Shown: positions 1-10,200 of the stretch, piece after piece | Layout: each line of letters begins with the position of its first letter | Position numbering within the stretch: the stretch's first letter is position 1 | Origin: Azolla caroliniana | Taxonomy: Eukaryota; Plantae; Polypodiophyta | Length of the DNA stretch: 64,000 nt | Direction of reading: 5' to 3' | Assembly (NCBI GenBank): GCA_043228905.1 | Contig: JBHGNT010000004.1 | Span: 10,416,001 to 10,480,000 of the forward strand | Translations under genes and position numbers: made by a program | Notes under the pieces: model-generated | What the model was told of the DNA's origin: nothing | The model's database searches: none | The model's input: only the letters and a program-made list of their open reading frames with translations

Positions 1-6
1 GCAGAC

Positions 7-2586
7 ATGGACCCACAAACGCTGTCGGAAGCGGCCAGGAAATGGCTCAGGCAACACGGACTGGATGGGTTCTTGACCATCATGGAGGCACCACTGCACA
101 AAGAAGCCGACCGGGTCATCAAGGAGCTCGACACAGAAGTCATCACCGAGGAAGCGATCCGTGCGCTAACAGGCCTTCCGGAGGGAGGTATTTTTCAGAT
201 CGATAACCCAACCTCGGAGCAACTCATCCGATATTTCGGTGAGTACTCTCTAGCCGGCAAAGGCTATCGAACGCAGGGCGGCGAAGATCCGCTATTCAGG
301 GAGATAGCTCGAGTGCTCCATGAGTACGGCCACGTGTACCCCCGACCCCCTGTCATTCCAAAAAATCGGGCAGGGATGATCATAGCCACCTATGAAGGGA
401 TCAAGGTGGATTGGCCGGTGTTGATTGCAGACGGTTTGTGCGCGGCAATCGACACGGTACGAGGAAAGGACGGCAAGGAGGGCCGGAAGCTGTGGCATGC
501 CGTAGCTCAGTGGATAACATTGCTCGCGCCGCCGGTCGAGACCGTCCAGCCAAAGAAGCGGCCAAGATTATCGGAAGGAAGCACCTCGAAACTCGCGTCC
601 AAACGACAGCAGCTGCTGGCGTCGAAGGCGACGAAAGGGAAGAAACGGCTCCCAGAACCGGAGGAGGTGTCACCGGTCCGACCCGTTAAGATAACCATAC
701 GGCGACCGGGACAGAAGGAACCGGAACCCTTGACGGCACAGATACATGCCGTTACCCAGGAAGAGGAAACGGAGGAGCCAGTAGAGCACCTCCAACGACG
801 GTCAAGAAATAGGACCGCCGGGACAGCGGGGGAGCGTTCGAACCCGCAAAAGGAAGAAACGCCCCCAACTCAACCTGAGCAAACCACAAGGGAGGAACCG
901 GAACCGGTGCGTATAGAACCGGCCTTGTCGACTTCTATACAAGAAGTCATTCCAACGGCTCCGGAGACGGCGAGAACCGGAACTCAACAGCCGGCGAGCC
1001 CAGCCAGCGCACACAGCGGCCAAGGAGTAGAACCAGAACGGCAGATACAGGCACTCAGGCCAGACAATTCCACAGTGAACGAGCCGACCCGACCAGTACA
1101 GCAGCAAGGCACCAGTAGCATGTGGCTACGGTGGGTAGGCGAGCAGATCGCCGGAGCGGTCGAGTACATAGAGGCGGAGGAGAGAGCGCACCACGAACGG
1201 TTGCTCGTCACAACCGTAGATCTAGAGACGGCCCGGTCCAGAATCCGGAGCCTTGAACAAGACTTGGACAGGGTCACAAGGGAAATGGCTCAATTGGCTT
1301 TGACAACACAAGTCCAAGCACCGGTGACTCCGGGCAATGTACAGAATAAAGCGTCAGATCAACCTGTACATAGCAATCAGACCCCGGCAACGGAAACCGT
1401 TCCGGAGAGAAATGCGGCACAAGCCCAAGAGCTTGCGGACTTAAAGGGTGAGCTAGCTGCCCAAGAAGCGCTGAGGAGCCGCGAAAGAGAGTTGAAGACG
1501 GCAGCGGAGGCAGAACTCAAAAAGACTGCTGAGAATCTACGCCGGGCCGAGGAGAGCTTACGAAAAGGCCACCAAGCGTACGACCGGCTCAAGGAGGAAA
1601 AGGAGAAAATGCTGCAAGAGAAGGACAGGCTCCGGAGAAACGCCGAAACAGAAGTAGAGCGCCTGAAAGAGGAACTCCGGCAGCTAAAGGACCGGGAGGA
1701 CCGGAACCATCGCCAGATCAACGGCAAGCTCAAACAAAAAACGGAGGAATTTGAGCACTTGCACCGGGAGTATAAACGGTTGCAAACGGAGCACAAGGAA
1801 CGGACGGATGAGCTCCGGCAAGCAGTTGATCGGACCGCAACGACATACGCTAATGAACAAGCGGAAACCAGAAGACGGTTGGAAGAGGCGGAGAAGGTTC
1901 GGACAGAGCTCCTCAGGCAACAACAGGCGGAAAAAGAAAGAGCGGCGGAGGTACTGCAGAGGCTGCAAACAACATATCAAGGGCAGCTGACGCGCTACAG
2001 AGAGCAGGCGGAGGATACGGCTAATCTCATCAAGCAGTTGAAGGAGGAACGACAAGTTGTGGAAAGTAGAGCGCAAATGGGAGCAAGTTGCATCCAGGAT
2101 ATCATGCGGGCCTGGTTGAACCAGACCAAGAGCTTGATTGACAACGGTTCCGTCAAATGGTGGACCAAGTGGGCCCCGAACGCGGCGGAACTCCAATTGC
2201 TCCGGGCCGACGTAGAGAACCGGTGGAAGGAGGGAGATGATTGCTATATGCTGACTTCCGAAGACTTCACCGGCATAAGAGATGAGCTGGCCGAAGACTT
2301 TCAAGCCTTGGCAGAGGACCAACTAGGGCAAGTCCGGCAACTTGTAGCTCAGCTGGACGACGACAGGCTGGAGGCGCAGATCCAGTTTGAAAGCTACGAG
2401 AGGTCCCGGATCCGGGAAGAGAAAGCACGAGAACCGGTTACGGTCAACCTCAGTGATGAGGAACCGTTACTGGAAGGAGACCGGACCGGAAGCAGTCAAA
2501 CGGGGATGCCGGAGTCAGAGAAACAAACGGAGCAGCCGCCTATAGAGCAGCCGGAGCAGTCTCAGTCCCAACCGCAACCACAGTAG
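7..2586 (+). CDS. Extra (env-position) ORF of element A: N-terminal plant-transposon-protein-like domain, basic NLS-like patch, long coiled coil, Q/P-rich tail
   Basis: 859-aa ORF nearly identical to the 57663-60341 protein. The TAG at 2584-2586 sits in a CAG run, and the frame continues to TGA 2674-2676, matching the end of the other copy (..LDNxGEQ*), so it is probably a premature stop. Confidence 0.8.
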   Translation: MDPQTLSEAARKWLRQHGLDGFLTIMEAPLHKEADRVIKELDTEVITEEAIRALTGLPEGGIFQIDNPTSEQLIRYFGEYSLAGKGYRTQGGEDPLFREIARVLHEYGHVYPRPPVIPKNRAGMIIATYEGIKVDWPVLIADGLCAAIDTVRGKDGKEGRKLWHAVAQWITLLAPPVETVQPKKRPRLSEGSTSKLASKRQQLLASKATKGKKRLPEPEEVSPVRPVKITIRRPGQKEPEPLTAQIHAVTQEEETEEPVEHLQRRSRNRTAGTAGERSNPQKEETPPTQPEQTTREEPEPVRIEPALSTSIQEVIPTAPETARTGTQQPASPASAHSGQGVEPERQIQALRPDNSTVNEPTRPVQQQGTSSMWLRWVGEQIAGAVEYIEAEERAHHERLLVTTVDLETARSRIRSLEQDLDRVTREMAQLALTTQVQAPVTPGNVQNKASDQPVHSNQTPATETVPERNAAQAQELADLKGELAAQEALRSRERELKTAAEAELKKTAENLRRAEESLRKGHQAYDRLKEEKEKMLQEKDRLRRNAETEVERLKEELRQLKDREDRNHRQINGKLKQKTEEFEHLHREYKRLQTEHKERTDELRQAVDRTATTYANEQAETRRRLEEAEKVRTELLRQQQAEKERAAEVLQRLQTTYQGQLTRYREQAEDTANLIKQLKEERQVVESRAQMGASCIQDIMRAWLNQTKSLIDNGSVKWWTKWAPNAAELQLLRADVENRWKEGDDCYMLTSEDFTGIRDELAEDFQALAEDQLGQVRQLVAQLDDDRLEAQIQFESYERSRIREEKAREPVTVNLSDEEPLLEGDRTGSSQTGMPESEKQTEQPPIEQPEQSQSQPQPQ

Positions 2587-2688
2587 CAGCAGCAAGCACA
2601 ACCGCAACAACCACAACCGGAAGAACAATTGGAAACTCTGGAACAAAGTATTTTGGACAATTTGGGTGAACAATGAAGGGGCCGAGAA

Positions 2689-2726
2689 GGGTTCGACGTA
2701 CAAGGTACTGTCCCACGGGCGTGCCA
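2689..2726 (-). other. Inverted PBS / tRNA-Arg 3'-end-like sequence at the position of the PPT
   Basis: + strand reads GGGTTCGA (2689-2696), 13 nt, GTCCCACGGGCGTGCCA (2710-2726), TG, then LTR start. Identical in element E. Confidence 0.75.
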
Positions 2727-2728
2727 TG

Positions 2729-3147
2729 TGTTACCGGCCGGCAAGGAGTCCAAAATACGGAGTGAAGGAATTAATTAAGTATGGTTGTAAATAAACATAG
2801 TATGGACGGACGAACTGGAAACGGTATGCCGTTCCAGATCCGGACGGATCCCGAATAGGTGCGATAGGCACCGTTTTGTACTACGGGCCGGAAACCTATT
2901 TAAAGGCCCGGACCCCATTGTAATCGCAGCGGATAATTAATAGAGTGTATGGTGTTTATACTTCTGTGTTGATTTCCGTTCTGTAATTACTGTTATATCT
3001 TACGCGTGTAATTAACAAAAGCGCTCTAATCGTGTAACCTACTTAAGTCGGTGTAATCGTTGAGTCATAATCCTATGCCGTAATCACCCTTTGGTGAAGT
3101 GTCTCCGTGACACCTTGTGTTAGGCCTTGTCCGGTCAGAGAACAACA
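2729..3147 (+). repeat. 3' LTR of element A (419 bp)
   Basis: TGTTACCGG start and AACA end. Homologous to 57191-57610 (reverse complement), with homology stopping at 3147. TATA-like CCTATTTAAAGG near 2895. Confidence 0.85.
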
Positions 3148-4869
3148 GAGCAACGAGTTCTCAACGGAGATAAAGTCTTACTATTCCTAAAGGCAGTGGA
3201 TGCGAAAGATCAGCGAGAATTGGGCAGTTTCTTGGAGGAAGAAACGCAACCAAATGGCTTGGTAGCGGACTGGGCGGCGGTGAAGAAGGCTTGCAACCAT
3301 TTTGATAAGCGGCGACAATGGCAAGAGGAAGCTGAGGTCGAGAATCCACAATTCTGGAAGAAGGCACCTACGACGATTGAGCCTAGTAAGCCGATCAACA
3401 ATTTCGACAAGAAAGCAATGGAGGAGTCTATAATCGAAGAGCTCTCGAAGAAGTTTGAAGCGGTATCGCTAGCCAACTTAGGTCGACGCGGGCCCAAGGG
3501 AAAATAAGCGTATAGATGTGTGTGGTGCGATAGCTTCGAACACTCACGAAGAGAATGTGCTGACTTGCAAGATGCGATCCGCAAGAATGTTGTCTATTTG
3601 GACGACAACATAATAAACTCGAGCGAGACCCGGAAGCCACTACGAGTGAACTTCAGAAGAGGTGGGCTGAAAAAGATTGTAGAAGAAGAAGATGCAAGGC
3701 ATGTGGAGGCTATGCACTCTGCCACTTCGGCTGGGATACGAGTTGGAAAAGAGAATCTTAAAATGATCAAACCAGGAGTTGGGTTTTGGCCAACGGTCTT
3801 CGAGTGCGAAGAAAAAGGCAAAATCAATCCGGAGGATCTAAAATTTGATGACCGAAACGTGCGACGAGCTACCGGATGGTCAGATCCAATCGACGAAAAA
3901 ACAAGCTTTGTGGAGGTTGTGTGTGACACCTATGAAGCCCTTGTCGAAGAGAAGAGGAAGAGAACCGGTGAAGAAGATGGCACATCAAAGCGACCTAACA
4001 CGAGGAACGGAGGGAAATAAGGGCCACCCCAACCTATCCCAAGAAAAGAAATTGGTGAAACAAACATGAAGCGCGGTGGATCGAGCCAACCTGCTCGGAT
4101 GGAAGTCGAAGAATCAACGAAGAAAGGAAAAGAACGAGCGGCACCGACTTACAAGCTAAGGTCGGACATAGAACAAACAACTAACTTGCAGAAGGTCCTT
4201 GAGGAGAAGGTTTTAGATAGCCATGTCGACCTTACCTTGAGAGAGTTACTTGGGATCGCGAAGAAGGAGTTCCATGATACTATCGTGGACCTTATTAAAA
4301 GGAAGCGGCAACAATCTGATGAAGAGGAGGTGAAAACAAGTGCCATAACCATGGCAAGATCGGAAGAGGAGGAGGAAGAAGAAGTGGTGGCGGATAGCCA
4401 TTGCTCGCGGCCTCATTGGGCAAGAGCGACAACGGAGATGCCGGTGAAGATCGGGGAGAAGAAAGAGACCGTGGTCGCTTTGATTGACCATGGCTCAGAG
4501 ATCAACCTCATGTCGACCGAGTTCTACAAGAAAGGAAGATGGCCGATTAATACAAATCACGGATGGAAGATTCGAGCGGCGACGAAGGCTACGGAGGACT
4601 TGTACGGAGCTTGCCCCAACGTTAAAGTCACGATCGGGGATGTGGAGATTGATCAACACTTCTTCGTGCAAGACTCGGCTTCACATCCCGTCATCCTAGG
4701 ACAACCATATATAACATCGTCCCGGATGGAGACCAAGGTGTTCGATAATGGAGCAGCCTTCGCGCGCGTCAAGAGTCTTGATAGTAAAAGATTTGTTCAA
4801 TTCCTGACGGTGCGAGCTAATCATGAAAGGAACCGAGATAGCCTTGGAGGCGAATCCTCGGATTTTTAA
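3148..4869 (+). pseudogene. gag-protease ORF of element B (broken by stops at ~3505 and ~4018)
   Basis: ORFs 3127-3507, 3520-4020 and 4066-4869 share one frame and carry a CCHC knuckle and an aspartic protease motif. Confidence 0.8.
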
Positions 4870-4922
4870 AGCAGACTATTGAAGCATGGGGCACAAATAG
4901 TCTGAGCAATCATAAGTCCCCA
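4860..4922 (+). promoter_or_regulatory. Putative programmed -1 ribosomal frameshift signal (slippery heptamer + H-type pseudoknot)
   Basis: G_GAT_TTT (4860-4866) immediately before the gag-PR stop. Stem CAGACTATT (4872-4880) / AATAGTCTG (4896-4904). Loop TGGGG (4887-4891) is complementary to CCCCA (4918-4922). The -1 frame is open into the RT ORF. Confidence 0.7.
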
Positions 4923-6532
4923 CAAGGAAGCAGAGTGTGTGGATTGCAAGGAGAAGCAACATGCGTCACACCTAGCGGCGCATGCAAACTAAGACTACTC
5001 AACAAGAAGGAAAAGTGTCAGATACAAGACTTCGAGGAGGTGCTGAAAGAAGAAAACATAATCGAAGAAGAAGAATTCGTGTCATATATTCTTGAGGAAG
5101 CCTCATTTAACGACACCATCGGCGAAATCGAGGAAGTCGTGGACTTGAGCTATCCTCACCATCAACATGTGATTTTGGTTAACTCCGTCAACATGTATAC
5201 TATCGTCGATGAATATCATCGAGGCATCTTGATAGAGGAAGCCGAAGTCAACACAAAATATAAAACCGTGGATAGGAAGATCAAGCCAGTTGCAGTTCCA
5301 CTACCGGAAGATAGTTGGCAAAAGATGAAGGAAGTTGCAAAAGATCCAAGCTTAAGGAACCCAAATACAATTGGTCACGTCTTCACTGAAGAGAAGAAGG
5401 GAAAGCTACGAATTGGAAGGGAGGATTTCCTCCTCCCTGAAGAGGAGCGGATGTTTCGTGGAATGCTTGAAAGACATGGGAAGGCTTTCGCGTTTTTCCC
5501 ACAAGAAATCGGGTGTGCTAATCCAAGGACGGTAGAACAGATGGTGATCTTCACGGTGCCGCATGTGCCTTGGAATTTGAAACTGATACCGGTTCCGAGA
5601 GCACACCTACCGAAGCTTATCGAGCTCTTAAAGGAGAAGGTGAGGATGGGAATTCTAGAACCGTCGAACGCTCTTTATTCTAATAGGTGGTTCACGGTGC
5701 CAAAGAAGAATGGATCGTTGCGATTCATTCAAGATCTTCAACCCGTCAACAAGGTGACAATTTAGAATGCTGGAATCGGTCCGAGTGTGGATGAATTTGC
5801 TGAGGCGTTTGCGGGCCGGTCCATCTACTCCATCGACGATCTCTACTCTGGCTACGATCAATTCCAGTTGGCGGTCGACAGTCGTGACATTACAACCATG
5901 AGAACTCCAATCGGGTTGGTGCGGATGTGTACCTTACCTCAAGGCGCAACAAACTCGGTGGCTCATATGGTCAATGCCATGAACAAGGTCTTGAAGGATT
6001 GCATCCCGGATATCACGATGCCATTCTTAGATGATATTCCGATAAAAGGATATTTGGATGAAGAGAAGGATGAATTAAAAGATAAGGATGGATGTAGAAA
6101 GTTCGTCATGGATCATATGAAAGATTGCGAGAAGGTGCTCCAAAGGCTCGAAGATGCGAATTTGACATTTTTGGGAGAAAAATCTGCATTCGGGCAACTA
6201 GAGATCCTGGTGGTAGGTCACTTGTGTGGAGCATACGGTCGGAAGCCTTCGCCATCCAAGGTGAATGCAATCCAAGACATGAAAGAAGAATGTGTAACCC
6301 AAACGGAGGTTCAAAGGTTCCTTGGAGCATGCGCGTTTTATCATATTTGGATTCCACACTACGCCCACATTGCTGAGCCATTATATGGTCTACTAAAGAA
6401 GAAGCGGATGTTCGAATGGACGAGTGAGCATACAATCGCCATCCGAAGGCTGAAGAAATTATTGATGGAGGCACCTGCATTACGGAAAGTGGACTATTCA
6501 TACGGCAAGCCGATTTTCGTGACTGTGGATAC

Positions 6533-7203
6533 TGTAAAGCTTTGACGCTATCAAAGCTTTCGCCTCTCGGCCACAACCGAGACAACACGGATCAATGCAG
6601 CAGAAAATAAAAACAAAGACACAGAGAGATGAATACACAGGGTATAACGTGGAAAACCCTAAACGGGAAAAACCACGGGAGTGCACGACTCCAACTACCA
6701 CTATACACTGGAATATACAATGGCGAGCTGCAAGGCGACGACCTTGAGCTCGCTGTCCTCGCCACAGGCGGCGGTATTACACAGAGGCGTCGACCTCTTC
6801 GGTTCTCTCTCTCTCTCTCTCGCGGCTGCTCTCACTTCGCTCCCTCTAAGTGGAAAAACAGAAAATGAGCAACAACATTAACTGTTTGCCCTAAGTCATA
6901 TTTATACACATATGACTTTCGGGCTATTTACAAATATAACCTCAAGGGCTCTTGGCAAACATATTCACAAATATGTCCCCGCATCCGGATCTCTCTCTCC
7001 GGGTACATTCGTCATCCGGCTCCGTAGCCAGGGTCTTCAGCATCCGGCTCCGTAGCCGGGGTCTTCAGCATCCGGCTCCGTAACCGGGTACTCTTCATCC
7101 GGCTTCATGCCGGGTACTCTTCATCCTACGGTTCCGTAACAGCCTCCGGGCTTGCCGTCATTCATCTCCGGACATCCCATCCGGAGGGACCGAAATCCCA
7201 ACA
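6533..7203 (-). repeat. 3' LTR of copia D (671 bp)
   Basis: Direct repeat of 11325-11967 with one extra 28-bp U3 unit. Confidence 0.95.
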
Positions 7204-7213
7204 AACTCCCCCT

Positions 7214-10200
7214 TCACTTCGGCATGGGATGTCTCTCCAACCCGATCCTCTTCCGGCATGCTTCCAGCTTGTCGGGTGTGAGCACCTTGGTCAGCATATC
7301 CGACCCGTTCTCGTCCGTGTGGATCTTCGTCAGCACGAACTCCTTGTCTTCTATCCTTTCCCGGATCCAGTGATATCTTCGCTGGATGTGTTTCGTCCGG
7401 GAATGGTAGGCCGCGTTCTTCGCAAGGTGGATGGCACTCTGACTATCGCAGTAGAGTCGGTACTCCTCCTGCTGGATACCGAGCTCTCTAATGAAGTCCT
7501 TCATCCATATTATTTCCTTGCCGGCTTCAACCGCCGCCATGTACTCCGCCTCCGTGGTTGACAACGCAACCGTCTTCTGCAGCCTCGACTGCCACGAAAC
7601 AGCTCCTCCTGCATACGTCATCACATACCCTGATGTGGACCGGCTGGTATCTGCATCAGCCGACATATCCGAATCGGTAAAGCCGTCGAATTCGGGCTTA
7701 CCGGAGCCGAATCGGAGGCACACGTTTGCCGTGCCCTTCAGGTATCGGAGTATCCACTTGACCGCGTTCCAGTGCTCTTTGCCGGGATTGCTCATGTACC
7801 GGCTCACCACTCCGACTGCATATCCTATGTCCGGTCTTGTACACACCATTGCGTACATCAAGCTTCCGACGGCAGAGGCATATGGTACTTTCATCATATC
7901 CTCCTTCTCAGCCTTTGTCTTGGGGCTCTGCTTGCTGGACAACTTGCAGTTTGCTGGGAGGGTTGACCCGACCGGTCTTGCTTCCGACATGTTGAACCGG
8001 TGAAGCACCTTCGTCACGTACTTCTCCTGTGACAGCCACAACTGCTTCTTCTTCCGGTCCCGGATGATGTGCATCCCTAGTATTTTCCTTGCCGGACCCA
8101 GGTCCTTCATTGAGAAGGTTTGGTGAAGAGCCTTCTTCAGCATCCGTATCTTGACCTGGTCCCGTCCGACGATCAACATGTCGTCCACGTACAGGAGGAG
8201 TATTAGAAAGTCTCCTCCTTCGAACTTCTTCACAAACACGTAGTGGTCGGACTGCGTTTTGAGGTACCCTTCGTCGGTCATGAAGGAGTCGAACTTCCGG
8301 TACCATTGCCGGGGAGCCTGCTTCAATCCGTAAAGGCTCTTCTTCAACCGGCATACCAGGTGCTCCTTCCCTTTCTTCTCGAATCCTTCCGGTTGCTGCA
8401 TGTAGATCTCTTCATCGAGGTCACCGTGAAGGAATGCCGTCTTCACGTCCATCTGTTCTACCTCGAGGTCCATGCTTGCCGCTATGCTCAGCACCGTCCG
8501 GATAGAGGTCATCTTCACTACCGGGGCAAATATCTCGTCGAAGTCGACGCCCTTCTTCTGCTGGAACCCCTTCACCACGATCCTGGCTTTGTATCTCTGG
8601 GGGTTTCCGGCATCTCCCGGTTTCAGCTTGAACACCCACTTGTTTCGAAGTGCCCGCTTTCCTTTCGGCAACTCCACAAGTTCATATGTGTGGTTCTCAT
8701 GCAGGGAATCCATCTCCTCCTGCATGGCACTTAACCACCTGCGGCTCTGGGTGTCGTGCTTTGCTTCTTCAAAGCTCTCCGGCTCCCCCTCGTCGGTTAG
8801 CAGCACGTGCTCTGGTTCCGGAAATCTCCGGGGGGCCCTTCTCTCTCTTAGAGGATATCTCCGTTCGGGAGCTTCGGTAACCGGTTCTTCCGATTCTTCT
8901 TCTTCATCCGAATCCATTTCGGGATCGGGGCCGGTTCCGGTATCATTTTCATCTTCTTCGGCCGGTTCTGTTTCTTCACCGTCTTCGGCCGGGTCTTCGA
9001 GTGTTAACCGGTCCCTTGCCGGTCGGGACTGCTCCTCGTAGAGTTTATCCTCACCGGTCGACTTGGAGCTCTTCATCTTCTTCTCCGACTCCCAGTCGGC
9101 GAGCGTCTTGTCCTCCATGAAAATGATATCTCGACTCCTGAATATCTTCTTGTCGACCGGGTCCCATACTCGGTAGCCGAACTCGTCGTCGCCGTAACCG
9201 AGGAATATGCATGGCCGGGTCTTTGGATCTAACTTTCCTCTCCGGTCCTTTGCCACATGCACGTATGTGAGACACCCGAACACCTTCAGATGCCGGTAGG
9301 ACACTTCCTTACCGGTCCACACTTTCTGCGGCGTGTCTCCGTCCAAAGGTACTGAGGGTGATCTATTTATCACATACGTCGCCGTCGACATTGCCTCAGC
9401 CCAAAATCCCTTGGGTAGTTTCGCATGCGCTAGCATACTCCGGACCCTCTCCATTATGGTCCGGTTCATCCTCTCGGCCAGCCCGTTCAGTTCCGGCGTC
9501 TTCGGCACAGTAAACTCGAGCCGGATTCCCTTCGAGCGACAGTACTCCTGGAACTGCCCCCGGTATTCCCCTCCGTTATCCGCTCGTATCGCTTTCAGCT
9601 TCTTGCCGGATTCTCTTTCCACTCTCGCGTGGAGTTCTCTGAAGACGGACAACACTTGGTCCTTTGTCTTCAACGGTGCCGTCCACAGCTTCCGGCTGTG
9701 ATCATCAATGAATGTCACGAAGTACTGGGCTCCGCCATGTGACTTCGTTTCTACCTGACACACATCGGTGTGCACCAACTCCAATGGTGCGCTACGTCTC
9801 GTCGGTGGCCTTGAGTGGAAGGAGGTCCGGTTTTGCTTACCGGCCAGGCAGTCGGTGCACTTCTCCAGGTGCACATGCTTCACTGGAATAAGGTTGTCTT
9901 CTGCAAGCCTCTTCATCCCCTTCTCACTCATGTGGCACAGTCTTTTGTGCCACAGCTCACCGGCAGTGTCGGCTGCTACATTCAGCTCTTCCGGACATAA
10001 CCGGGCATTCATCAGGTACAGAGTGTTGACCTTCCGGGCCCGAGCCACTATCAGGCTCCCCTTGCTGAACTTCATTACGCCGTTCCGGATGCTACCCGTG
10101 TAGCCTTCATCATCTAGCCTCCCGGCCGAGATCAGGTTCAATCGGACCTCCGGAACGTGTCGCACATCCTTCAACAGCATCTTGCATCCGGTTGATGTCA

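Larger units (their letters stand above)
1..3147 (+). mobile_element. Element A: 3' part of an Athila-like (non-chromovirus) Ty3/gypsy LTR retrotransposon (extra ORF + 3' LTR), inserted into gag of element B
   Basis: Colinear close homologue of 57191-60341 (reverse strand), which is linked to an RT-RH-INT pol. Ends in an LTR (TGTTA...AACA) followed directly by gag-like sequence of another element. Confidence 0.9.

Noticed and set aside
2689-2726. tRNA gene or SINE
   Set aside because: Only the 3' third of a tRNA is present, with encoded CCA and an insertion. No A box, D arm or anticodon arm.
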